A program made the translations under genes and the position numbers. Below the pieces are notes generated by a model. That model was not told where the DNA came from, made no database searches, and worked only from the letters and a program-made list of their open reading frames with translations. A stretch of 64,000 nucleotides of DNA. Source: Alphaproteobacteria bacterium (GTDB lineage: Bacteria > Pseudomonadota > Alphaproteobacteria > MPNO01 > UBA830). Location: NCBI GenBank assembly GCA_964291215.2, contig OZ219791.1:2400001-2464000 (forward strand). The letters run 5' to 3'. Shown piece by piece: positions 19,514 to 29,289 of the stretch (position 1 is the first letter of the stretch; every line of letters starts with the position of its first letter).

Positions 19514-20703
19514 GGATTCCGGCACATGTCGGTTTCGCGGCGCTCCTTGCCACCACGACATCGGGGACAGCGATCGGAATCGACGGCACCTTGCCTGCCA
19601 TGCCGGCGATGGCGGAAGCGTTCGGCACCGACCAGACATCGATTCAACTCACGCTCAGCCTCTTCATGCTGGGCGTCGCCATCGGCCAGCTCGTCTACGG
19701 TCCGCTGTCCGATCGCTTCGGTCGCAAGCCCATCATTCTCGTAAGCCTGCTGATCAACATCGTCGCCACTGTCGGCTGCGCCGCCGCTCTTTCGGTGGAA
19801 ATGCTGATGGCATTCAGGTTCATGCACGGCATGGCGGCGTCAGGCGGTTTCATAGTCGCACGGGCCACGATCCGGGACCGCTACGACCGGTCAGACGCGG
19901 TGCGGGTCATCGCGGTGATGCTGTTCTTCCACACGATCGCCCCGCTGGTGGCCCCGGTCGTCGGCGCCGAACTAATCACCGCGTTCGGGTGGAATGCGAT
20001 CTTCGTCTTCATAACGATCTACACCACCACGGTGACGCTGCTCTTCTGGCTGGTCTTCCGCGAGACCCTTGCGGATCCGGATCGAAATGCGCTCCGCATC
20101 CTGCCGATGCTGCGCAATTTCGGGGCGATCTCGCGCAGCCTTCCGTTCTGGGCTTACACCGCTTGCGCATCGGCCTCGTACGGAATGCTGTTCTCGTTCC
20201 TTGCCGCATCCGCCCATGTGATCATCACATCGTTCGGCGAAACGACGAGAACCTACGGCTTCGCGCTCGGCGCAACCATGCTCGGAACCATGCTCGGGAT
20301 GCTGGGAACCGCCCAACTGGTCCACCGCTACGGCCCCGACCGGCTTCTGTGTTTTGGCGTGTCGGGCGCATCGGCCACCGGGCTGGCACTGGCCGCGCTC
20401 ACCTGGGCTGGGATACATCACTGGCTGGCGATAATCGGTCCCATGTTCTTCTGCCTGATCGCGTTTTCCTTCATTCTTCCGCAGGCGACAGCCGGCGCAT
20501 TGCAACCCTTCCCCCGCATGGCCGGAGCAGCCTCTTCCTTGGTGGGCTTCGTCCAGCAACTCATCGGCGCAATCACGGGAATGGTCGTTGCCACCTTTTC
20601 CGACGACGGCACCCAGACCGCGCTTGCCCACGGTGTTCTGTTCTGGGCGTTGTTGGCGCTGGCGACATATGCCTTCGTGATCCGTCGGCGCCGAACCCTT
20701 TGA
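19510..20703 (+). CDS. Bcr/CflA-family MFS efflux transporter (tandem paralog)
   Basis: GQLVYGPLSDRFGRKPI, ARATIRD; ATGA overlap with the previous gene. Confidence 0.92.
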   Translation: MRIPAHVGFAALLATTTSGTAIGIDGTLPAMPAMAEAFGTDQTSIQLTLSLFMLGVAIGQLVYGPLSDRFGRKPIILVSLLINIVATVGCAAALSVEMLMAFRFMHGMAASGGFIVARATIRDRYDRSDAVRVIAVMLFFHTIAPLVAPVVGAELITAFGWNAIFVFITIYTTTVTLLFWLVFRETLADPDRNALRILPMLRNFGAISRSLPFWAYTACASASYGMLFSFLAASAHVIITSFGETTRTYGFALGATMLGTMLGMLGTAQLVHRYGPDRLLCFGVSGASATGLALAALTWAGIHHWLAIIGPMFFCLIAFSFILPQATAGALQPFPRMAGAASSLVGFVQQLIGAITGMVVATFSDDGTQTALAHGVLFWALLALATYAFVIRRRRTL

Positions 20704-20798
20704 ACGTGCGACGCGGCCGATCGCGCCTGGCAACGGCCCACTGACACACGCAGCCATCACGCTTCGGTTCCTTTCCGGCAAGCACGGCTACACCCAAT

Positions 20799-20910
20799 TT
20801 CAGACGTCCTGACTTCGGCTTTGATTTCTTCCAATCAGAGTGATACTTCTGGGTCGAGTTTGCGTGCGTTGTCTGGCAGTTCGTAGATCATGCGGAGGCC
20901 GGTTCCGGAG
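20799..20910 (-). mobile_element. Right-end remnant of an unclassified IS
   Basis: Encodes ...LRMIYELP and ends GTCAGGACGTCTGAA; homologous (inverted) to 27390-27494. Confidence 0.55.
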
Positions 20911-21353
20911 CTTCTTCACCGCCCGCTGCACGGTCGCGCGGCTCACGCCGAACCCCGTCTGCACCCAAGTTGCACTTTTTGCGGTCTGGAATTTTTATCA
21001 CGTTGCGCGATTTTTTTGTCGGCCGATTTCAACATGGCACTACATCCTGTTGAATTCTGTCAGGTTGTGAGGCGGCTCCTCGTGCGGCGGGTTCGACACC
21101 AGCCGCCGAGGAGATTTCGGCGACCTCGGCGGTGCGTGTCCTGTCGGTTGACGATCAATGTGCGCAGGCGCGTGGTGACCTTGGTTCCGCATGCTCTCGC
21201 GGATTGATGTCCGGCACTTGTCGATGCCCCGCGCGGGGATCAGATGCACCGCGGCGAGCACGGCGATCAACAGGTGGGCGGCGATGCGATGGCCGGGCGC
21301 AATCCGGGCTCGGATTTCAATGAACGGAAGGTGGCCTCGATATCCGTGTCCCG

Positions 21354-22771
21354 AGCATCCATGTTTCCTGGCAAGGTTTTTGCGGGTGTCTGCGGTGATG
21401 TTTTCTGTGGTTGTCCACAAGCGGTGTGGGATTTGCCCTGCGAGCGAGGCGACATGAAGCTTGTGGTCCCGGCGGCGGGTTGCCGTCCATTGGTCACGTG
21501 AACGCGGCTACCTTGCCGCCCCCGGGCACGTGACCGTCCGGGTTCCAGGTGTCCCAAGGCGGTTCGATCTCCTCGATGTCGGCCTCGACGATGATCTGCA
21601 GACATTCTCCCCAAGTCGTGTCGTAGTAGGGAGACTGTCGATACAGTCCCGATCGCGCTCTCGGCAGGGGTGAGGGCCGTGTCTCCTTCGCTCACTCACC
21701 GGTGCTTCGGTCGACCAGCAACGCTGCTGTCGCAGCAAGGTGTTCGCCAGAGCTTGCGCATCACGGCGACAATGGCGACTTTGTGGGCCTTGCCGGCGGT
21801 CTTGTGGCGTTCGAACACCAGATCCGCGTTGAAGCGTGCTGCCGAGGTCGCGGCCAGGAGATCACGTGGCCTCCGGCGCCCGCCTCGGATATGCCGAGCA
21901 CCGTGGCCACTGTCGTTGGCCATCGGCGCCACCCCGATCAAGGCTGCCGACGCTGCCGAGTTCGGGCATCCAACAAAGAAGGGCTGCGGCGGTCACTGGA
22001 CCGGGGATCGAGGTCAGGGTACCTCTGCTCGGGATCACCGGCGATCACCGCTTTGATCGCCGCGCCGGCAATGCGGTCATCGAGATCGGCCGCCGAAGCC
22101 CTTGTGACGGTCTCGCCATCCACCTCATCTGCCACTTGCCTCAACTTGGTCCGCACGTCGACAAGCGCGGCGCCAGGAGATCCCCCAGGCAGTTGAGGAA
22201 GGCTTCCTGAGGAGCCACAGGCTCGAGATCGCACCGTGCCGATCTTGGCGTCAACGCGGTTGGCCAGATGGCCCAAAGCCTCGGCGAAGCCCTCAACGGG
22301 CAGGACAACCTCGAAGCCCCGGTCATGAAGACACTGGTGAACCTTGCGGTGATAGCGGCCTGTCGCCCACCACACGGGTTACCTCGAGGCTGCGAAGCCA
22401 CGTGCCCGTGGCGTCGTTCGTAAAACGACGCCCCAGATGTCCAGACTGGCCTTGCTGACCCCTGCTACTACCTTAACCATCGTCCCTTGTTCCTCGCCTT
22501 ATGATGATACGGTTCAAACCCAAGCATCCATTCAGGACGCAAGGGACGCCAAAGGAGGTTGCCACGCTCGGGAACGGCTCTATAAAGCCAAGGACGGAAC
22601 GGCAACCTCCGCGGAGATCGTTTGATCCCCGCTCCCCTGTACGTTCTCACACAGGGGAGCGGAATCTCTTTGCAACCATAGCTCTCCCATAGTCGAGGTT
22701 ATCCACATTTTCCCGCCCCCAACTGCTGTGGATGATTTCATCATCAAGGGGACAAAACCTAGTCATATAAG
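21354..22771 (-). mobile_element. IS110-family element (recombinase pseudogene 21696-22480)
   Basis: MVKVVAG..SKASLDI, ATGRYH, NRVDAK and GVAPMANDSG...RHIRGGR...KVAIVAVMRKL; bounded by a duplicated 2-bp core (plus-strand AG at 21354-21355 and 22770-22771); removing it restores IS1634 sequence. Confidence 0.88.
22481..22665 (-). ncRNA. Predicted IS110 bridge RNA
   Basis: 5' hairpin (22629-22662), target loop closed by GGAGGTTGCC/GGCAACCTCC (22554-22610) and donor loop closed by CGTCCCTTG/CAAGGGACG (22481-22548); loop strands match the target flanks and element ends. Confidence 0.8.
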
Positions 22772-24157
22772 GACGGTCTCGATATCCCGGTCGCTGGTGC
22801 GCAGGCGCCCGCGTTGTCTTGTCGTCTGTGGCAGAAGCGCACGGCCGTTGCCCGGCCTTCTCGACGGTGATCTCGTAGTGCCGGGCGACGGTGGAGAAGC
22901 GCTGCTCGATACCGCTCTCCGACACCTTGTCGTGGCGCCGGCCCTTGGAGGTGGAGCTTTGCCGCCTCGAAGCCCTGCGGTCAGGAATGGCGTCCTCGGC
23001 CCTCTTACTGCTCTCCACGCCGCGCCATCCTCGCTGGCAAGGCGCCTGCACCTCGTGGTCGGTGATCAGCCTCGGGCCCACCATCGGGCGGCGCCGCCCG
23101 CGATCCAGCCGTGCTCGCCACGCGATGTTCGCCTCGGTACCGGCGTCCATGACTACCGTCGGCTTCGCCGCCCGCCTCCAGCCTCAGCAGCGCATCCGTG
23201 CCCGGCCACGTTGCCCCGCAAGACCTCGCAACTGCGCCGAAAGCCCACACCGTCGAGCGCAAGCGTGGGGCAATCATTGCGCTTCGAGCGCCCGAAGCGG
23301 GGGAGCTTGCCGTCGGCGCGGCCGTGAACAGGTCGTAAAAGGCGATGGTGTCGGGGATGCAGCGCGCGCTCGCGGTTGAACAGCTCTTTCCGGATGGCGG
23401 CCCGGTGACGCAGGTCGCCGATGCGGTACGGCGTCTTGCGCGACTTGCCCTCCAGATCCGGAAGCTCCGCGCTGTCATCGCGCAGCCAGCGCTCGCTGGC
23501 GGATCATCCTGGCGACAATCAGCGCACTCGCGATGCCGAGGTCGTGAAGCCGAGATCGCGCCTCAAGGCACAGGCAGCCGACCGAGCGCGGGTGCTCGAG
23601 GCTGTCGAGGTTGACGGTCGCAATTTGCGTGCGTCTTCCTCCAGAGCGTCGGCGCGGAACCTCCGGGCCCCTGTTGACGATGTCCTCGGCTGCGGCCTGC
23701 ACGCGGCTTCGAACAGCGGCGGGTGGCCAGCGCTTCAGCGGCAACCTCCTTCCAGTTCTTGCGCGCCACCGAATGGTCGGTACCGAAGCAGGGTGCGCTG
23801 CCTGACCTTGTCGCCGATGCGTTGAGAAAGTACGAGCCGGTGGACGGGTTTGTCGTCTGCGGTGCTGCGGGTTTTGGTTGCCCTGATGAACATGTTGTCT
23901 GGAGCCTTTCGTGTTGACGAGGCCCCGGATATACCGGGTTTGGCGGCGGGGCGAATCGGCAATATCCCGGCACTACATTGGCCATCCCGGACAGGAAATC
24001 ACAAATATAGTAGGTAATGTCACAAAAATGCCAACATATAGCATATCGAGCGAGTCTGCCGTATAAATTTTGGCTTCAACTGACGCAAAAAATGCCAACT
24101 TGGGGTAAGATTATCCTGCTGTGGAATCAGATCCGGGCGTAGTGGCCCGCGGCGAAA

Positions 24158-25138
24158 TCAGGATCCGGAGCTTTCAGCGCCGCCGCTTTCGTGATTGCGC
24201 TGGTCCCAGCGCACGCCCAGATCACGGGAGCGGTTGCCGCCGAGGCTGGCAATGGCCTGTGCGACATAATCGATGCCAGCTGCCTCCGAGAAGGCTTGCA
24301 TGAGGCGAAGGGTATCTGGACCGGGGAGGTTGCCCGAATCTCCGATCGCGGCACCGTTGAGGCGGCACACGGGCACGATGCTCGGCGATGTTCCGGAGAC
24401 AAATGCCTCGTCGGCATTGTAGATGTCATAGGCCGTGTAATCGCCCTTGACGATGTCGATGCCGAGATCTTCGGCTAGTTCGAGAACGACGCTTTGCGTT
24501 ACCCCGGCCAGTACATTGCTTCCCTTCGATGTGTGCAGGCGCCCTTCGGAAAGGAAGAAAAAATTCCCGGTGTTGGTCTCGGCGATGTTGCCGTTCGTGT
24601 CGAGGAGGAGCGGAACCGCGCCGGGATCCACACGGCCGACTTCGAGTGCCGCCTGCACCTGATTCATGCGGCTTGTGACCTTGCCCTTGGGATCAATGCT
24701 CTGTGGCGGGGTGCGGCGTACGCCTGGAGTAATCAGTCGTAGTCCCTCGAGATAGGCTTCGGCGTAGCGATCGAAATCCATGTCGACACAGAACATGGCG
24801 ACAACCGGCGGCCCGGCGCGGCCGCCTGCATGTTCGCCTCGGGTGATCACATGCCACAATGCAAAGTCGTCCCCGTCGTCGAGCCGCGCCAGATTGCGGG
24901 CCAGCGTCTCCTCGGTTGCTGCCTTGATCTCGTCGCGTGTGAGGTCGCAATCGAGACGGATATAGGCAAGAGAGCGGCAGAGCCGGGTGATATGATCGTC
25001 GAGCCGGAACAGCTTGTGGCGAAAGGTCCGCGTCACCTCGTAGACGCCGTCGCCTCCGAAAAACCCGCGTGTCGTGACCGGTACGACAGCCTCCCCCTCG
25101 GGAAGGAACCTGCCATTGAGGTATACGATTGCCTCCAT
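24158..25138 (-). CDS. PLP fold-type IV aminotransferase (IlvE/Dat-like)
   Basis: GDGVYEVTR, FRLDDHITRL, IDPKGKVTSR (PLP Lys), IAETNTGNFF, LAGVT, ADEAFVSGTS. Confidence 0.9.
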   Translation of the reverse strand: MEAIVYLNGRFLPEGEAVVPVTTRGFFGGDGVYEVTRTFRHKLFRLDDHITRLCRSLAYIRLDCDLTRDEIKAATEETLARNLARLDDGDDFALWHVITRGEHAGGRAGPPVVAMFCVDMDFDRYAEAYLEGLRLITPGVRRTPPQSIDPKGKVTSRMNQVQAALEVGRVDPGAVPLLLDTNGNIAETNTGNFFFLSEGRLHTSKGSNVLAGVTQSVVLELAEDLGIDIVKGDYTAYDIYNADEAFVSGTSPSIVPVCRLNGAAIGDSGNLPGPDTLRLMQAFSEAAGIDYVAQAIASLGGNRSRDLGVRWDQRNHESGGAESSGS

Positions 25139-25145
25139 CGTTCCG

Positions 25146-26144
25146 TTATCTCCCCGTTGTTCTGCTGGCGGCGTGCCGCGTCCGTCGCGCTGTCATCTTC
25201 TCGGCCATGCGCGGCGCTCGTCCGGGTGCCGACCATGGACAGGCCGCTATACATATTCCGCATCCTTGGGTGTCGTTGAAATAGGGGATGCACTTGTCGA
25301 AATCGACATACCATTTCCGCATGCCGCGAACCTGCTGCTTTTCGCCGTGAATCGCATCCGGCGGACAGGCGTCGCTGCAGACGCGGCAGTTGGTGCAGAA
25401 GTCGTCGGCGCCGAAGATGTCGGGGACGTCAGCGGCAAGCGGGAGGTCGGTCATCACGCCCGCGAGCCGCAATGACGAGCCGTAGGAGCGGTTGATCAGG
25501 GAGCCGTGCTTGCCGAGCTCGCCCATGCCGCATGCGATAGCTGGCGGAATCAGCAGGAGCGGACCCGCCATCGGCCCTCCGTGCGGACGGGCGTTGTAAC
25601 CCTGCCGCTGGATGAAGTTGGCCACGGACCGCGCCGCACGCGTGCCCCGGTTGTACTGGCGCATGACCTCGACCGGCGATTCGATGGACGGCGCCTTCGC
25701 GAGTTCGGCATGGTCCATGGCCACGCCGATGACGACGACCCAAGGCTCGTCCACGGCGTAGCCCTCGAAGATCCAGTCGGGATCGATCGCGGCAATGCCG
25801 ACAAGATCACCTTCGTTGGCGAGGACATGCGCCTTGATCCGGCGCGTCCAGTTTTCCGACGTGTCTGTTGCCGCGGCTTCGGGTTTCGCGGACGGTCGCG
25901 AATCGCCGCGCCCGCCATATTTGAGGTGAAAATCCTGAAGTTCGGGCTTGTCGTCGAACTGGCGCAGGTAGTAGTCCTGCAGCGGCTTGTGGGGGAGATC
26001 GGTCTTGCCGTAATGCCAGAATACCGGCGTGGGCCGCCGCTGTTCGGTTTCGTCGAGGCCGTTGATCGTGTTTCCTGACACTTCGGGGAACAGGGCGAGC
26101 TGTGCCGCCGGCGGATGATAGATGGGCTTCGGTTTGCGGGCCAT
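25146..26144 (-). CDS. Reductive dehalogenase/QueG-superfamily cobalamin and 2x[4Fe-4S] protein
   Basis: DLVGIA, AIACGMGELGKHGSLI, LRLAGVMTDLPL, FCTNCRVCSDACP, VDFDKC...CGICIAACPW; no Tat leader. Confidence 0.8.
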   Translation of the reverse strand: MARKPKPIYHPPAAQLALFPEVSGNTINGLDETEQRRPTPVFWHYGKTDLPHKPLQDYYLRQFDDKPELQDFHLKYGGRGDSRPSAKPEAAATDTSENWTRRIKAHVLANEGDLVGIAAIDPDWIFEGYAVDEPWVVVIGVAMDHAELAKAPSIESPVEVMRQYNRGTRAARSVANFIQRQGYNARPHGGPMAGPLLLIPPAIACGMGELGKHGSLINRSYGSSLRLAGVMTDLPLAADVPDIFGADDFCTNCRVCSDACPPDAIHGEKQQVRGMRKWYVDFDKCIPYFNDTQGCGICIAACPWSAPGRAPRMAEKMTARRTRHAASRTTGR

Positions 26145-26911
26145 CACACCGCAATCGGCGTGCCGCCGCGCGACGACAGGTAATTGTCGAGTTCCTGCCG
26201 CGACATCGGCATCGAGAACATTTCGTTCCGCATGTGGAGGCGCTGCATCGAAACTTCGAGCAGCGCCGTTTTCGCGGCCTTGAAATCCTCTTCGGTCGCG
26301 ATGATCCCGGCGAGATCCCCGGCCGCGTGATCGACATGGCCGTCCTCGTCATCGGCGATGACCTTGAATGCCGCCGCCAGTTTTGTCTCGAATGTGCCGC
26401 CGGTCAGCGCCGCGCCTTCGCGGAAGGTCGCAGTGCCGCCGCCTTCCGTCAGTTCCATTGCCGCGCCGACTGCCGGATTTCCCGAATGCCTGTATTCGCG
26501 GCGCATGCAGTTGAGCTTGTCGTCCTCGGGGAGCTGTTTTGGATCATCCGGTGTCAGCTTGCGCCCGAGCAGGTCCTCGAGCACCTCGGCAAGGACCACG
26601 TAATGCATGAACTCCTCTGTCATCTGGGACAGCCGGGCATGGAATTCGCGGCGGTCCAGACCGTCATTCACGCGTTCAAACCGGTCGACGAGTTCGCGGA
26701 ACTCCATGTGGAGCCCGCAGGCGTAGCCGTCGGTGGAACCGTAACCGATGACCGGGTTGAGTTCCTTGTAGACAGCGGCCCTGAGATAGCGGATCCAGCA
26801 GTCTCGCGATGGTCGCGAAGCAAAGAAGCGCCGCGTGAGCTCTGCCTCGGTTTCCCAGTATGGCGTCGCAATCTTGACCAGCTTGCGGGCATATGTCTCG
26901 GCTGTCACCAT
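26144..26911 (-). CDS. Ferritin-like (di-iron) protein of unknown function
   Basis: ATG 26911 with GGAGG RBS; KELN, EEFMH, TEGGG and DEDGH carboxylate/His spacing. Confidence 0.65.
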   Translation of the reverse strand: MVTAETYARKLVKIATPYWETEAELTRRFFASRPSRDCWIRYLRAAVYKELNPVIGYGSTDGYACGLHMEFRELVDRFERVNDGLDRREFHARLSQMTEEFMHYVVLAEVLEDLLGRKLTPDDPKQLPEDDKLNCMRREYRHSGNPAVGAAMELTEGGGTATFREGAALTGGTFETKLAAAFKVIADDEDGHVDHAAGDLAGIIATEEDFKAAKTALLEVSMQRLHMRNEMFSMPMSRQELDNYLSSRGGTPIAV

Positions 26912-27042
26912 CTGCCTCCGTGCGTCGATCTTCCGTCGGCGGAGATGCCGACAACAGGATAATGCCCGTGCGGCATTGTTCTGTCGACCGTGTCGCGCCG
27001 CGTCTTTGGCCTGCCGGGGTGCGCCGCTGTCGACGAGTGATC

Positions 27043-27735
27043 GTAACTGCTCGCCCCTGCTGATCATTGGCCGCCTTTCCTGACGACGTTCGCATCCGGG
27101 AACTCGCTGCCGATCCGGCCCTCGATGCTCTTCCGTTCCGGGAGAAGCACCGGCTCGACATCCTGCGCATGATCGCCTACCGCGCCGAAACCCGGACGAT
27201 GGCGGCCGTGGCGAAGGAGCAGGGCAGGAAACCGCGCCCGCGAAAACCCCTCCGCACCCTCCTGCAGGCCGACGCCGACATCCTCCCCGAACCTGAACCG
27301 GGGATCCTCCGGGTGCGCATCCCCGGATCCGCCTGCAACGCCGCCATCGCAGGGCTGCTGAAGGAACTCAACGAAACCGGCACCTGCTTTCCCGGAACCG
27401 AGCTCCGCATGATCTACGAACTGCCTCCGAAGCCCGCCTGAACGGCCGCCGGAGGGCCTTGCCTGCCAATTCTCCAGAGGTCAGGATATCTGAAGCTGCA
27501 CCGCCGGATTCCTCAGCCGGCACGATGGAACCCGCACCGCGGGCTCGGTACCGCATTGCAGACCCGGCGCCACCGGCCGGAAAGCAAGACCGGCCGAAGA
27601 CCGGAACGGTTCTTGCCCATCGGAACCCGCACCTCCGGTTTCCGGCAATCAGCGAGGGAAGGGGACGAGAAAAGATGCTTGACCCCGAACGCCGTCAGGA
27701 GCGGCAATCCATGACCAGCAGGGGTGAGCAGTTAC
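27043..27735. mobile_element. Non-autonomous IS66-type element containing a foreign transposase 3' fragment (27075-27494)
   Basis: 25-bp TIR with 23/25 match (GTAACTGCTCGCCCCTGCTGATCAT); 8-bp TSD GAGTGATC (27035-27042 / 27736-27743). Confidence 0.88.
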
Positions 27736-27865
27736 GAGTGATCGATGTTGATCGGCCTGCTGTTCCCGTGCCGTTTGCGGCAGACAGCAAGGCATGCGCC
27801 AGTACTGTGGGGACCGATTTGGCAGGCTTTGCGTGGACTGCGTGGGACCGGCGGTATTGTCGGGT

Positions 27866-28510
27866 TCAGTTCCGGATGATGGAACCGCGCTCGATCACGA
27901 AGGTGCGGTCCAGCAGGTCCCGTATGTGCTTGTCGTTCGATTCGGCAACGAATACCGATTCTCCCTCGTCCTTCAGGCTTGCCATGATCTCGACCATGCG
28001 GTGCGCGAATACCGGTGCGATGCCTTCCGACGGTTCGTCGAGCATCAGCATTTTCGTGCCCGCCATCAGTGCGCGCGCGAAAGCAACGAACTTCTGCTGC
28101 CCGCCGGACAGTTCCGTGGCGCTGCGGTTGCGGAATTCCGCCACCTCGGGCATCAGCCCGTAGATCCAGTCCAGGCGCTTGGCTGCGCCCTTGGCCTTGG
28201 TTGTCCAGGTCGGGAGGAGGATGTTTTCCTCCGCGGTTAGCTGCGGCACCAGCCGCCTGTCTTCGGGCATGAAGCCCATGCCGAGATGCGCGCGCCGATG
28301 CGGCGGGGTTTCGCAAAGGTCGTCGTCGTCGAACTGCATCTCTCCGGCCTGGACCTTCAGGGCCCCCATCGCGGCGCGCATCAGGGTGGTTTTGCCGGCG
28401 CCGTTGCGGCCGATCAGGCCGCACATCGATCCCGAGGGCACCTCCAGCGTCACGCCGCGCAGAATCGGAGTCGCGCCGATATTGACGTCGATCGATCTGA
28501 TACTAAGCAT
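27866..28510 (-). CDS. Liv-type ABC transporter ATPase (LivF-like)
   Basis: GRNGAGKTT, LSGGQQ, LDEPSEG. Confidence 0.92.
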   Translation of the reverse strand: MLSIRSIDVNIGATPILRGVTLEVPSGSMCGLIGRNGAGKTTLMRAAMGALKVQAGEMQFDDDDLCETPPHRRAHLGMGFMPEDRRLVPQLTAEENILLPTWTTKAKGAAKRLDWIYGLMPEVAEFRNRSATELSGGQQKFVAFARALMAGTKMLMLDEPSEGIAPVFAHRMVEIMASLKDEGESVFVAESNDKHIRDLLDRTFVIERGSIIRN

Positions 28511-29285
28511 CGGTCTCTCCGTCAGCGTGCGCCGGATGGTATTCTTGGCCGATCACGAACTCGCGGACGCCAGCATCGTTCATTGCATCGGCGGTAGGCG
28601 CGTCGCAGATGATCTCGCCCTGATAGAACGCCCACACGCGATCAACAAAGCGCTCGACGATCTCCATGTCGTGCTCGATGAACATCACTGTGCAATCCTC
28701 TTCCCGCATTGCCTGCATGATGACGTCCATGAGCCCGAACTTTTCTTCAACGCTGATGCCGCTGGTCGGTTCGTCAAGCATGACGAGCTTCGGATTGCCG
28801 ACCGTGGCCATGGCGATGTCGAGCAGCTTGCGGACGCCTTGTGGCAGTGCCTCGGCCGCGACATCGCGGTAATCCGCGATCTGGAAACGCTCCAGATGCG
28901 TCTGGACTCGGTCTGCGCGCTCGTGGGTATGGATCGGGGCAAAGAGGCGCCAACCGCGGTCCTCGGCGATGCCGTAGGCCATGAGCATGTTGTCGAACAC
29001 GGTTTCGGAAAGAAATACCTGCGGAACCTGGAACGAGCGGCAGACGCCCAGTCTGGTGACATCCCGGGGATGGAGGCCGAGCAGGCTCCGCCCCATGAAG
29101 TCGATGGTACCTCCGGATGGCGACAGGTAGCCGGTCACCATGTTGACGAACGTGGTCTTGCCGGCGCCGTTGGCGCCGATGATGCCGATCGTCTCGCCTT
29201 CCTTGACGGTCACGTTAATGTTGTGCGCCGCGACCACGCCGCCGAAGTGCTTTTCGAGATCGTGGACTTCAAGGACAGTAGCCAT
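28503..29285 (-). CDS. Liv-type ABC transporter ATPase (LivG-like)
   Basis: GANGAGKTT, RSFQ, LDEPTSG, IEHDM. Confidence 0.92.
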   Translation of the reverse strand: MATVLEVHDLEKHFGGVVAAHNINVTVKEGETIGIIGANGAGKTTFVNMVTGYLSPSGGTIDFMGRSLLGLHPRDVTRLGVCRSFQVPQVFLSETVFDNMLMAYGIAEDRGWRLFAPIHTHERADRVQTHLERFQIADYRDVAAEALPQGVRKLLDIAMATVGNPKLVMLDEPTSGISVEEKFGLMDVIMQAMREEDCTVMFIEHDMEIVERFVDRVWAFYQGEIICDAPTADAMNDAGVREFVIGQEYHPAHADGETDA

Positions 29286-29289
29286 TGCC

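Larger units (their letters stand above)
20964..24104 (-). mobile_element. IS1634-family element, copy 1 (decayed, interrupted by IS110)
   Basis: TIR CCCAAGTTG(G)CA at both ends; motifs MFIRATKT, DKVRQRTLL, TDIEATFRSLKSE, AHLLIAVLA; colinear with 41809-46845. Confidence 0.85.

Noticed and set aside
22737-22753. Alternative IS110 left boundary at the AG at 22747-22748
   Set aside because: It partly resembles the donor guide, but its flank fits the target guide poorly and does not restore IS1634; the AG at 22770-22771 satisfies both.
20799-27494. Composite transposon bounded by inverted GTCAGGA..TCTGAA ends
   Set aside because: No TSD, and the right copy lies inside a separate IS66-type mini-element, so the two arrived independently.
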